Assembly (NCBI GenBank): GCA_022573815.1
Contig: JACZTG010000001.1
Span: forward strand, 859-64,858
Direction: 5' to 3'
DNA from: Fidelibacterota bacterium
GTDB taxonomy: Bacteria > Fidelibacterota > SORT01
DNA: 64,000 bases
The notes under the pieces: generated by a model
The model's input: only the letters and a program-made list of their open reading frames with translations
The model's database searches: none
What the model was told of the DNA's origin: nothing
In this document: one piece after another, positions 17,952-27,184 of the stretch
How positions within the stretch are numbered: position 1 is the stretch's first letter
Layout: each line of letters begins with the position of its first letter
Made by a program: the position numbers and the translations under genes

Positions 17952-19531
17952 ACTTAGCATTCACAATAGATAATCGGAAGTGTATCGGCTGTCATGCTTG
18001 CACGGTAGCATGTAAGTCAGAGCATGATATTCCATTAGGAGTCAACAGAACATGGGTAAAGTATGTGGAAAAGGGCGTTTATCCCGATACCCGCAGACTT
18101 TTCTCGGTTCTTCGGTGCAACCATTGTGAAGATGCTCCTTGCATTGATATATGCCCGACCAATGCTCTGCACACTCTCGATAACGGTATTGTGGACTTTG
18201 ATACTGATCGGTGTATAGGCTGCAAATCATGCATGCAAGCGTGTCCGTATGACGCGTTATATATCAATCCGGAAACTCACGTGGCAGAAAAATGTAATTT
18301 CTGCGCCCACCGGATAGAAGCGCAAATGGCGCCGGCATGCGTGATTGTATGTCCCGTTGAGGCGATTGGATTTGGCGATATAAGTGACCCGAACGCCGAT
18401 ATTACGAAACTTATCGCAATGGAAGCTGTTACCGTGCGAAAAGCGGAAAAAGGAACAAAGCCGAAAGTGTTTTATATTAACGGTGACAGCGCTTCGCTTG
18501 ATCCCGGCTCAACTGCAAAAAAAGACGAATATATGTGGAGCGAGCAATCACGCGGTGTGGGACATTTCGCTCATTACGCCGACCAACGGAGCTCTGAAAA
18601 AGACCCTGAAGATCTGCTCGTGCAACTCGCTCTTGATAATAAGGGTAAACATGGGAAAGAGATTCAGGAGACGCTGAAATCCGGGGATGCCCGAAGAGTT
18701 TACGACAGTCCGAGCAAGGGCGTTCTCTGGGGCTGGGAAGTATCCGCTTATGTTTGGACAAAGGCTATTTCAGCGGGTCTGTTTATGGTATTGGCTTTAG
18801 GAAGCTTGTTCGGATGGTTTGAGATAAGCGCTGGATTGAGAGAAAAATCTCTCTGGTCGTCAATGCTCTTTTTGGTCATTACCGGCGGACTGTTGGTTAA
18901 GGACCTTGACCAACCGAAACGGTTTCTCTATGTCCTGCTCCGACCTCATTGGTCATCGTGGTTGGTCAAAGGAGCTTATTTCATCACGGCGTTCGGGGCA
19001 ATCTTATCTCTTTCCATATTGAATCTTTATTTCCCAACAGGAATAGACAGTCGTCTGTTTGATATTATCGGAGGCTTGATTGCCTTTATGGTAGCCATAT
19101 ACACGGCGTTACTTTTCGCTCAGGCGAAGGGAAGAGATTTTTGGCAGTCGCCGATTGCGCCGGCGCAAATGGGTGTGAATTCACTGCTTGCCGGAACTGC
19201 GCTTCTGCTGATGCTCGGCTCCGGCTTAGGCAGCGGGATAATCAATCTCGCAATAGCTCTTCTGATTACAAACCTGTTATTCACCGCACTTGAGCTGTTC
19301 ACGCCGCATATGACGGACGACGCAAAATCGGTTGCGGATATGATTCTTAAAGGGAGATACGGCAGACAATTCTGGATAACGATAATTTTTTCAAGAGTAG
19401 TACCGCTATTATTGTTTATGTTCGCGCCGCAATTATTGCCAATAGATTTAGTGGCGTTGATAGTATTAGCGGGAATATTAAGTACTGAACATATCTGGGT
19501 CAGAGCTCCGCAACTGATAACCTTGAGTTGA
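17948..19531 (+). CDS. Fusion of a four-cluster ferredoxin subunit (PsrB/NrfC/DmsB-like) with an NrfD/PsrC-like integral membrane anchor
   Basis: 527 aa. The N-terminal ~180 aa hold four Cys clusters: CIGCHACTVAC, CNHCEDAPCIDICP, CIGCKSCMQACP and CNFCAHRIEAQMAPACVIVCP. The C-terminal ~330 aa form about 8 hydrophobic helices. No signal or Tat motif is visible. Confidence 0.6.
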   Translation: MNLAFTIDNRKCIGCHACTVACKSEHDIPLGVNRTWVKYVEKGVYPDTRRLFSVLRCNHCEDAPCIDICPTNALHTLDNGIVDFDTDRCIGCKSCMQACPYDALYINPETHVAEKCNFCAHRIEAQMAPACVIVCPVEAIGFGDISDPNADITKLIAMEAVTVRKAEKGTKPKVFYINGDSASLDPGSTAKKDEYMWSEQSRGVGHFAHYADQRSSEKDPEDLLVQLALDNKGKHGKEIQETLKSGDARRVYDSPSKGVLWGWEVSAYVWTKAISAGLFMVLALGSLFGWFEISAGLREKSLWSSMLFLVITGGLLVKDLDQPKRFLYVLLRPHWSSWLVKGAYFITAFGAILSLSILNLYFPTGIDSRLFDIIGGLIAFMVAIYTALLFAQAKGRDFWQSPIAPAQMGVNSLLAGTALLLMLGSGLGSGIINLAIALLITNLLFTALELFTPHMTDDAKSVADMILKGRYGRQFWITIIFSRVVPLLLFMFAPQLLPIDLVALIVLAGILSTEHIWVRAPQLITLS

Positions 19532-19535
19532 TAAA

Positions 19536-22394
19536 ATGAGTCATAATATAAAAAAATCAATGATCGAACGGGTATGCGAATCGATAGGCTTGTTAAAAAG
19601 TATCGAACAGTCCGGCGAATTAATAAATGAATTTACGGAAGCACCGGCTGATTTCTCGAATTATCCACCACCTGAGAAATGGGACGACTGGACCGAGTAC
19701 GATGCGAACTCGTGGCCGCGAAGGGTAAAGAAGAGCTACTCGATAGTTCCAACGACCTGCTTCAACTGCGAATCAGCATGCGGTATGCTGGCGTATATTG
19801 ATAAGGAAAATGGCACAATCAGGCGGTTTGAAGGTAATCCGTATCATCCGGGAAGCAGAGGAAGAAATTGCGCTAAAGGTCCCGCTACTATAAATCAGAT
19901 CAATGATCCCGAGAGGATATTATACCCGCTGAAACGTAAAGGCGAGAGAGGCAGCGGTGAATGGGAACGGGTTTCATGGGAAGACGCTCTTAACGATATA
20001 TCAGGAAAATTAAGAAAATCGTTGCAGGAAGGGCGACAAAATAATATAGCCTATCATGTAGGAAGACCGGGTCATGAAGGATACACGGAAAGGGTTCTTC
20101 AGGCGTGGGGAGTGGATGGGCATAATTCGCATACCAATATATGCTCTGCCGGAGCGCGGACAGGATATGCTCTCTGGCAAATGTTCGACAGACCCTCTCC
20201 CGACCACGCCAACGCAAAGACGATCTTACTCATCAGTTCACATTTGGAAACGGGACACTATTTCAATCCGCACGCGCAAAGGATAATTGAAGGGATGATG
20301 GACGGCGCGAAACTCATAGTTATGGATCCGCGACTTTCGAATACTGCGAGTATGGCGGATGTATGGATGCCGACTTATCCGGGTTCTGAAGCGGCTGTAC
20401 TGCTTGCAATTGCGAAAATCATTCTCGATGAAGGCAAATATGACAGACAATATATGGAAACATGGGTAAACTGGCAGGATTATATGGCGAAAGTTCATCC
20501 TTCTGATAATCCGACTTTTGATAACTTTATAGGACGACTCAAAAAAGAGTATGAAGAATTCACACCTGAATTCGCGGCGGCTGAGGCTAATATCACACCT
20601 GAGTCTATCGTACAGGCAGCTAAAATGGTGGCGGATGCGGGAAGTAAACTCTCAACGCACAACTGGCGTTCCGCGGGAAGCGGGAACCTCGGCGGATGGC
20701 AGGTAGCGCGTTGTCTCCACTTTCTGAATGTATTGACAGGCAGCGTTGGAACTGTAGGCGGCACATCTCCCAGCGGTTGGAATAAATTCAAGCCTAAATT
20801 CTTCGATGTTCCTCCGGCACAGAAATTCTGGAATGAACTGCACTATCCCGCTGAATATCCGATAGCGCACCATGAAATGAGTTTTCTTCTCCCGCATTTT
20901 CTAAAGGAGGGAAGAGGGGAATTAGACGTTTACTTCACCCGGGTTTTTAATCCTGTCTGGACTTATCCGGACGGATTCACATGGATAGAAGCGTTGAAGG
21001 ATGAATCAAAAATAAAATTACACGTTGCGATGACTCCCACATGGAACGAAACGGCTTATTGGGCGGATTATGTGCTTCCCATGGGGCATGCAGGCGAGCG
21101 GCACGACCTTAATTCCTACGAAACACATTCAGGAATGTGGATAGCGTTCCGTCAGCCGGTGCTACGGGAGTTTGCCCGCAGAGAAGGAAAAGAGGTTGAG
21201 TTTACTTATGAAGTGAACCCCGGTGAGGTATGGGAAGAAGATGAGTTTTGGATAGAGCTTTCGTGGAAGATAGACCCGGATGAATCGCTCGGCATAAGAA
21301 AACATTTCAAGTCTCCTTATCGTGATGGCGAAAAAATCAGTGTGGACGAATATTATCAATATATCTTTGAAAATATTCCGGGCTTGAAGGATAAAGCCGC
21401 TGAGGAAGATTTGGCTCCGCTTGACTATATGAGAAAATACGGCGCATTTGAAATTGAAGAAACTTCATACGAAAAAAACCGAAACCCGCTGGATGAATCA
21501 CAAATGGAAGGCACGGAACTGAACAGCGCCGGTCAGATCGTTAAAGACGGTAAAATTATCGGGGTTCAGGATGGCGAAGTAGCTGTCACCGGGTTTCCGA
21601 CACCATCGAAAAAACAGGAATTCTACTCCAACACAATGGCTGAATGGAAATGGGAAGAATTTACCATCCCTAAATATATCAAGAGTCACATTCACCCCGA
21701 GAATCTTGATAAATCGAAAAACGAATACGTCCTTGTGCCCACTTTCAGACTACCTACCTTGATTCACAGCCGGTCGGGAAACGCTAAATGGCTCGTTGAG
21801 ATTGCGCACCGAAATCCAATATGGATCCATCCTTCCACAGCTGAAAAAGTAGGTATAAAAAACAGCAGCGATCTACTGAAGATTGAAACAGAAATCGGCT
21901 ATTTCATAGACAAGGTATGGATAACGGAGGGGATGAAGCCCGATGTTATCGCCTGTTCCCATCATATCGGCAGATGGCGTCGCCGGCAGGATATGAAAGG
22001 AAACAGTTGGGCAATGAATACGGTTTCTATCGAAGAGGTAGAGCCGGGTAAGTATAAAATGTCGGTTTTGGATTCTGTTAAGCCATTTGACAGCAGCGAC
22101 AGCGACTCGAAACGTATCTGGTGGCGTGACGGCGGAGTGCATCAAAATATTACATTCCCTGTCCATCCCGATCCTATATCGGGTATGCATTGCTGGCATC
22201 AGAAAGTATCCATCAGCGTTCCGAAGGATGGGGAGAAATACGGCGATATATTCGTGGACACGAATAAGTCCCATGAGGTTTATAAAGAGTGGCTGAAGTT
22301 GACCCGTCCCGGCCCCGGCCCTGACGGCTTGAGACGTCCTCTCTGGTTTGCCCGGACTCTGAGACCGGCGGAAGAAACTTTCTACGTTAAATAA
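19536..22394 (+). CDS. Molybdopterin oxidoreductase catalytic subunit (MopB superfamily; Psr/Phs/Ttr/Arr-like branch suspected), apparently without a Tat signal
   Basis: 952 aa. CFNCESACGM...C provides the N-terminal FeS0 site. GNPYHPGSRGRNCAKG is a MopB signature and ICSAG is a candidate Mo-ligand Cys. The N-terminus has no RRxFLK motif. Confidence 0.7.
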   Translation: MSHNIKKSMIERVCESIGLLKSIEQSGELINEFTEAPADFSNYPPPEKWDDWTEYDANSWPRRVKKSYSIVPTTCFNCESACGMLAYIDKENGTIRRFEGNPYHPGSRGRNCAKGPATINQINDPERILYPLKRKGERGSGEWERVSWEDALNDISGKLRKSLQEGRQNNIAYHVGRPGHEGYTERVLQAWGVDGHNSHTNICSAGARTGYALWQMFDRPSPDHANAKTILLISSHLETGHYFNPHAQRIIEGMMDGAKLIVMDPRLSNTASMADVWMPTYPGSEAAVLLAIAKIILDEGKYDRQYMETWVNWQDYMAKVHPSDNPTFDNFIGRLKKEYEEFTPEFAAAEANITPESIVQAAKMVADAGSKLSTHNWRSAGSGNLGGWQVARCLHFLNVLTGSVGTVGGTSPSGWNKFKPKFFDVPPAQKFWNELHYPAEYPIAHHEMSFLLPHFLKEGRGELDVYFTRVFNPVWTYPDGFTWIEALKDESKIKLHVAMTPTWNETAYWADYVLPMGHAGERHDLNSYETHSGMWIAFRQPVLREFARREGKEVEFTYEVNPGEVWEEDEFWIELSWKIDPDESLGIRKHFKSPYRDGEKISVDEYYQYIFENIPGLKDKAAEEDLAPLDYMRKYGAFEIEETSYEKNRNPLDESQMEGTELNSAGQIVKDGKIIGVQDGEVAVTGFPTPSKKQEFYSNTMAEWKWEEFTIPKYIKSHIHPENLDKSKNEYVLVPTFRLPTLIHSRSGNAKWLVEIAHRNPIWIHPSTAEKVGIKNSSDLLKIETEIGYFIDKVWITEGMKPDVIACSHHIGRWRRRQDMKGNSWAMNTVSIEEVEPGKYKMSVLDSVKPFDSSDSDSKRIWWRDGGVHQNITFPVHPDPISGMHCWHQKVSISVPKDGEKYGDIFVDTNKSHEVYKEWLKLTRPGPGPDGLRRPLWFARTLRPAEETFYVK

Positions 22395-22402
22395 TTATCT
22401 GG

Positions 22403-22450
22403 TTTGTGCGGGTTAGGGCCGCCGCTTGAAGCGGGATTTACTTGCCCTGA
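22403..22450. repeat. Copy A of a 45-nt palindromic element (TTGTGCGGGTTAGGGCCGCCGCTTGAAGCGGGATTTACTTGCCCT). It is identical to the copy at 25990-26036 and related to the one at 27798-27830.
   Basis: Direct sequence comparison. The element contains the inner hairpin ccgcttgaagcgg. Confidence 0.7.
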
Positions 22451-22461
22451 ATGCACATAAG

Positions 22462-22498
22462 AAAAAATCCCGTGCGACTGTTCTGCACGGGATTTTTT
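22462..22498. terminator. Bidirectional rho-independent terminator between the convergent MopB and FadL-like genes
   Basis: aatcccgtgc-gactgttct-gcacgggatt is flanked by an A-run on one side and a T-run on the other. Confidence 0.6.
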
Positions 22499-22527
22499 AA
22501 GAAATGAAACTTTCTAAATCAGTTCAT

Positions 22528-23823
22528 TTAGAATGAGTATCCAACTTCAACCTCCCATTGATCCATCTCAAGGGTAATAGTCTGCTGAGAAGGAGCTTCT
22601 AATGGATTAGGACCTGAAATCGAATTTGACAATGCACGAGTAACTGCCAAGCTGACAGCATGACCGTTATTCATTGTTTTGGTAGCGCCGACGGAGATAT
22701 GAGTTTCCACCACTGCCGGAGCGAGTATATTAAACATTAAAGCAGTACTTGTGTCGCCGTCAGGTATGGGCTGACCACCGAATGAAAAACCGCCTCTAAG
22801 TGTGAGGCTTTCGTCCATAACGTATTGAATGCCTATTTTGATGATGGTCATATCTTCCCATCCGAATCCGGCGCCGTTATCTGCACCAAGAGGGTTTGTC
22901 GGCGCTCCGGTCGCAGGATCGAATTGAAGAAACGGGTTGCTGATTGATGCAACACCGCTGTATAAAATCTGCTGAACATCCGCCACAAGAGTAATATCAT
23001 CATTGGGACTCAGAGCAACGCCCGCTGTCCATGTGGCTGGAACGTCAAAATCACCCTGTTCGGCAAATAATCCGGCGTACTCGTCAAATTCACTCATCGC
23101 TGTTTTTAATTGGTATGAAGCCCCAACAGACAGCATTTCAGAAAGCTCGCCGAGATAACCGACTTTTAGACCGAACCCGATTGAAGTAGAATAATCATTG
23201 TCCGTTATATTAGCGCCATCGGAGGAAAATGGTGCGAATGCTCCCAAACCTTCCGCTCTGAAACGCTGAAATGCCAAAATCACGCCTGCTCCAACAGAAT
23301 GTTGTGAAGTAAGCTTGATAGCATACGTAGGTTGGATGAAGAGCTGCGCAAAATCAAGACCCGTTGGATTAAAACCGAAAACCGGTGATTCGTAATCAGA
23401 ATTCATACCGCCGTTGCCGTAAATAGAAACACCATATGAACTTGTCTCATTCAGCATCCTGTTAAATCCTAATGAAGGGATGATAAAAGTAGTGGAACTG
23501 CTTTCAACGGTGCCCGGCGCTAAACCGAAAGTACCCGGAAATCCTGACGGATTACCGTCAACAGTGAAATTTCTATTCGGGTTGAAGTAGGCGACGCTGA
23601 GGTCGTAGCGATTTCCAAGCCCTACCATAGATGCCGGATTAGTGGCGGCGGCTAAAGTGCTCAAAGAAAGAGCAACTCCTGCTCCGGCTAAACCTTTATA
23701 AGCGGTGCCGTATCCGCTGGAAAAATATCCGTTTGTTGCATTGGCAACCGGTGCCGTTATTAGAACTGCAACCAGAATAATTGCAGTTAGAGTTGTGAAA
23801 TTACGCATCTTTGATGTGATCAT
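22528..23823 (-). CDS. FadL/TodX/OmpP1-family outer-membrane beta-barrel transporter
   Basis: 431 aa with a signal peptide. The N-terminus, NGYFSSGYGTAYKGLAGAGVALS...NPASM, follows the FadL pattern. The C-terminus ends in EVGYSF, i.e. a terminal Phe. Confidence 0.55.
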   Translation of the reverse strand: MITSKMRNFTTLTAIILVAVLITAPVANATNGYFSSGYGTAYKGLAGAGVALSLSTLAAATNPASMVGLGNRYDLSVAYFNPNRNFTVDGNPSGFPGTFGLAPGTVESSSTTFIIPSLGFNRMLNETSSYGVSIYGNGGMNSDYESPVFGFNPTGLDFAQLFIQPTYAIKLTSQHSVGAGVILAFQRFRAEGLGAFAPFSSDGANITDNDYSTSIGFGLKVGYLGELSEMLSVGASYQLKTAMSEFDEYAGLFAEQGDFDVPATWTAGVALSPNDDITLVADVQQILYSGVASISNPFLQFDPATGAPTNPLGADNGAGFGWEDMTIIKIGIQYVMDESLTLRGGFSFGGQPIPDGDTSTALMFNILAPAVVETHISVGATKTMNNGHAVSLAVTRALSNSISGPNPLEAPSQQTITLEMDQWEVEVGYSF

Positions 23824-24264
23824 TTCATCTTCTCCTTATTTTGTTCATCATTGTTCGGTTAGTATCAGAGTAACTGTTTATTATTGAGATTAAAAGGGTG
23901 AAAAATGGAGCAGTGGGGGGCTGAACTTGGGATATTTCTTCGAAAATCGTCTGACGTTCTGAAATCAGCAATTTCCGTACAAAGATAGAATAATTAAATT
24001 AATTTGGTTGTTACCCTCCAAGCATCTCCGTCTAATGCTATTCACATATATATAATACATATTATATTAGAAAAGTGATATATAAAGATAACCTTATAGC
24101 TGTTATTTGACAAGGAAAATATCAGTGTTTTTAAGAAAATATTATGTTGATATTAAATGGTTAAAGTAACGCGCAGTGTCTATGAATTAATTTTCTTGGA
24201 TTATTAATCCAAAAATAGTAATATGAATTAGAATCTTGAATCAATTCCAACCGGGGGGGATAAG

Positions 24265-25131
24265 ATGAAAATCCTGCAAAGGTTATCGTTAGTGAGTATT
24301 CTTTTATTATTTGTTGTCTTAACAGCCTGTTCAGATGAATCCAAAAATGTTGCTACATCCGCAGATGGTGTACCCATAAGCTTTAGTGTATATGGTGAAG
24401 GGACACCGGCAATCGTTTTAATTCACGGCTGGTGCTGGGGTCAGAATAACTGGATTGGGCAAATCCGGGAATTGTCACGGCAGAATAAAATTATTACAAT
24501 TGATCTTGCGGGTTTCGGAGGATCCGGTCATGGTCGTACCGATTGGACTATGAAAGCTTTTGGAGAGGATGTGGTTTCGGTTGTTGAGAAACTCGGTCTC
24601 GAGCAGGTAGTGCTTGTAGGATTCTCAATGGGTGACAAAGTTATAGTCGAAGCTGCGCGGATTATGCCGGAACGTATTATTGGTTTGGTAGGGGTTGACA
24701 ATTTCCATAATGTGGAATCGAAACTTACAGATGAACAGATTGCTGGATTCATGGCCCCGTTTCGTGCTGATTTTGCCGGAGCTTTAAATGCAATGTTACT
24801 TTCCATGGTCCTCCCAAATGCTGATTCTACTAAGGTTCTGGAAAAAGTGAGAGCTGATTATGGTGGATGCGCCGCTCCACCTGATATTGCAATAGCTGTA
24901 CTGGAAAATTATATAAAACACGATATGACAGAGTCACTCAGGGAGATAAAAGCTCCTATTCACTGCATAAACTCTGATTTTGTTCCCACAGATATTGAAG
25001 CCGCTCAACGCTATGTTTCCTCCTTCAAGGTCGAAATAATGTCGGGAGTGGGTCATTTACTTCTCTGGGAAGATACTGCTACGTTTAATCGATTACTCGG
25101 TGAAATTGTTAAGACATTTGAAGCGTCTTAA
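24265..25131 (+). CDS. Alpha/beta-hydrolase-fold lipoprotein
   Basis: Lipobox LTAC. It has the VLIHGW oxyanion region and the GFSMGD nucleophile elbow (GxSxG). Confidence 0.55.
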   Translation: MKILQRLSLVSILLLFVVLTACSDESKNVATSADGVPISFSVYGEGTPAIVLIHGWCWGQNNWIGQIRELSRQNKIITIDLAGFGGSGHGRTDWTMKAFGEDVVSVVEKLGLEQVVLVGFSMGDKVIVEAARIMPERIIGLVGVDNFHNVESKLTDEQIAGFMAPFRADFAGALNAMLLSMVLPNADSTKVLEKVRADYGGCAAPPDIAIAVLENYIKHDMTESLREIKAPIHCINSDFVPTDIEAAQRYVSSFKVEIMSGVGHLLLWEDTATFNRLLGEIVKTFEAS

Positions 25132-25216
25132 TGCCGGCGCTTTACGGCTGATATGTATTCTATAACCTGTTGATCAGAATTCTATAGATATATAACAATT
25201 CTTATGAATATTTGGT

Positions 25217-25260
25217 GTGGCGAAAACGAACCGGCCAAAGCGTCACAAAACAATATCAAA
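25217..25260. repeat. Copy 1 of a ~45-bp intergenic stem-loop motif (GTGGCGAAAAnGArCCrrCCnAAAnnGTCACnAAACAnCAtCAAAc)
   Basis: Aligned by eye with three other copies. The GTGGCG and CGTCAC arms can pair around a ~20-nt A-rich loop. Confidence 0.6.
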
Positions 25261-25296
25261 TATCTCGGTAAAAATTTATCAGAAACAAAAATATAA

Positions 25297-25380
25297 AAGA
25301 GGGCAAGAATGATTTCCTTCCGCGTAGGAGGTTTCCAATGGGACTTGGCAAACCTTAGCGATCTTACCCTCTTTTAATTC
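25297..25380. terminator. Long-loop inverted repeat (aagagggcaaga ... tcttaccctctt) flanked by T-runs. It is the candidate terminator of the convergent 25419-25805 gene.
   Basis: Read directly from the sequence. Confidence 0.35.
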
Positions 25381-25418
25381 AGATTTCTTATAACAAGAAA
25401 ATCTTTACAAAATGTAAA

Positions 25419-25805
25419 TTACGGTAATGTGATCGTCGGTGTGCCCGAAACTCCCTGCTGAGTAATAGTGGCGACGATAATAACGCCTTCGTTAGAGCCT
25501 GTAGCTGTAAGGACGAACGATGTGGCCGTAACAGACGACATAAGGAAATTGCCGTTGGCGTTTGATGAATCAGCGCCAAAAGTTATTACATCGGTTGTTC
25601 CAACAAAGCTTCTCGCTCCACCGCCTAATGCCGCCGGTTTGCGCCAATAAGAAGCTGCTGACGATGCGACGTTATTCACATCCTGTAAAAGCGCGTCTCG
25701 CTCTGCGTTAACGGCGCCTGTCGTGAACATATTGATACCCACAACAACCGCAACACCAACGATAATGGTGCCGAGTACGATTAGTAGTAATTGCTGCTGT
25801 CCCAT
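25419..25805 (-). CDS. Small membrane-anchored or secreted hypothetical protein (N-terminal hydrophobic helix, Ser/Thr/Gly-rich body)
   Basis: 128 aa. MGQQQLLLIVLGTIIVGVAVVVGI is hydrophobic. There is no conserved pilin E5, so this is only weakly pilin-like. Confidence 0.3.
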   Translation of the reverse strand: MGQQQLLLIVLGTIIVGVAVVVGINMFTTGAVNAERDALLQDVNNVASSAASYWRKPAALGGGARSFVGTTDVITFGADSSNANGNFLMSSVTATSFVLTATGSNEGVIIVATITQQGVSGTPTITLP

Positions 25806-25896
25806 TAATCTATCTCCTTTTTCAGGTTAGATGTTCCATAATACTGCTTAACTATTCCTTTAATATATGATAGTTTTCAAGAACCAAAAAAGCAAG

Positions 25897-25940
25897 AAAA
25901 TTCAGTGTGGCGAAAAAGAGCCAACCTGAAAGTCACGAAA
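25897..25940. repeat. Copy 2 of the GTGGCGAAAA...GTCAC...AAACAA motif
   Basis: gtggcgaaaaagagccaacctgaaagtcacgaaacaacactaac. Confidence 0.6.
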
Positions 25941-25989
25941 CAACACTAACCTACAAATAGAAAAATCCCTAAAATTATTGGGTGGCGGT

Positions 25990-26105
25990 TAGGGCAAGTA
26001 AATCCCGCTTCAAGCGGCGGCCCTAACCCGCACAAAAAAGTGCTGAATTCGTAACTGAAATCAAGGATTTTGGTTCTATTACTTTTGTAGCGGGGGAATG
26101 TTGAA
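25990..26105. repeat. Direct-repeat block: 45-nt palindromic element copy B, a degenerate terminator region, and a degenerate duplicate of the tRNA-Met 3' end (ggttctattacttttgtagcgggggaatgttgaac)
   Basis: It matches 27798-27900 segment by segment. This is an att-like duplication of the tRNA 3' end. Confidence 0.6.
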
Positions 26106-26231
26106 CTACAATGATTCTTTTATATCAGTTGGAATTCCAAGCACACATTTAATTCTTCAAGTCATTTCTCGGCTTGATAGGCAAGCAATTTGTAGGTAAA
26201 TTTCACGTACCGATCATACAAGGAGCATAGT

Positions 26232-26435
26232 ATGTTAGTGCGTGATCTAATGAATCAACACCCCGACGGAGCTTGGGAGGCAAAGCAAATCATCGTTATT
26301 AACCATCCGAGCGGAGAGAAGATTACTCTGCGCCCCGGAATTAAAATGAATCCAGGATTTATGGCAATGGGATTTGATATAATTAAACTTCTTGATATTG
26401 AACTCGATGAAAAGGATTCTCAAAACCCAAAATAA
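26232..26435 (+). CDS. Small hypothetical protein (67 aa)
   Basis: An ORF with a plausible RBS (caaggagcatagtATG). No recognisable features. Confidence 0.2.
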   Translation: MLVRDLMNQHPDGAWEAKQIIVINHPSGEKITLRPGIKMNPGFMAMGFDIIKLLDIELDEKDSQNPK

Positions 26436-26494
26436 TTTAATGATATTTAAAGAAATAGCTACACTACTGTCAAGTCAGGATTTATATATTCGGA

Positions 26495-26540
26495 GTGGCG
26501 AAAATGAGCCGACCAAAACGTCACATAACAACATCAAACA
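26495..26540. repeat. Copy 3 of the GTGGCGAAAA...GTCAC...AAACAA motif
   Basis: gtggcgaaaatgagccgaccaaaacgtcacataacaacatcaaaca. Confidence 0.6.
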
Positions 26541-26726
26541 ACACTTAATTGCTTAATACAATAATTGGGATACCCACGGTTTTAAAGGGCTACTTTTTGC
26601 TCTATTATTGATTTTTGTCACATCTATTAGGTATAGCTGAAATATACTTGTGATAAAAATAGAATTAGAGTAGATTTAACGATACTCAATAACAATTAAT
26701 TAATAACTTCAAAGGGAAATGTCGAT

Positions 26727-27140
26727 ATGCGAAATATCATAATATTGAAATTCTCACTTTTACTTCTATTACTTGGAACGCTCGGTTGTGCGCACATGAA
26801 TTTTGATTCCGGGAACTCAGAATCAAGCATCTTGATGGGAAGAGGAGGTGAAAGTGTCGAATATACCCGAATGGGAGAATTCAACGTAGTTAAAGTGGGG
26901 GGATGGCTATTCTGGGGTATAACCAAAACAAGTCATCCGAATATTGGAGCGCTGATTGATAAAGAGGTATCAACATTGAGTGGTAATGGCGTCATAAACC
27001 TGGAGATTAAATCGACGAGAACATTTCTCGATGGATTTTTAGGAGTGATTACTCTCGGCATTTATACGAGAAGAACAGTACTGATTAGCGGCACTGTCGT
27101 GAAATTTACAAGTAGTGTGGGCTCTGTCCTTGGTGATTGA
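26727..27140 (+). CDS. Small lipoprotein (paralog 1)
   Basis: Lipobox LGTLGCAH. GNGVINLEIKSTRTF...RRTVLISGTVVKF parallels the next gene. Confidence 0.4.
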   Translation: MRNIIILKFSLLLLLLGTLGCAHMNFDSGNSESSILMGRGGESVEYTRMGEFNVVKVGGWLFWGITKTSHPNIGALIDKEVSTLSGNGVINLEIKSTRTFLDGFLGVITLGIYTRRTVLISGTVVKFTSSVGSVLGD

Positions 27141-27184
27141 TCGTTTGATATCCAATCAAAACTTCAATATGGAGATTTAATCTC

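Noticed and set aside
25419-25805. Possible type IV pilin or pseudopilin
   Set aside because: The N-terminus is hydrophobic but lacks the G/F(M)-T-L-I-E cleavage and Glu5 signature and the positively charged leader. It is kept only as a generic membrane-anchored small protein.
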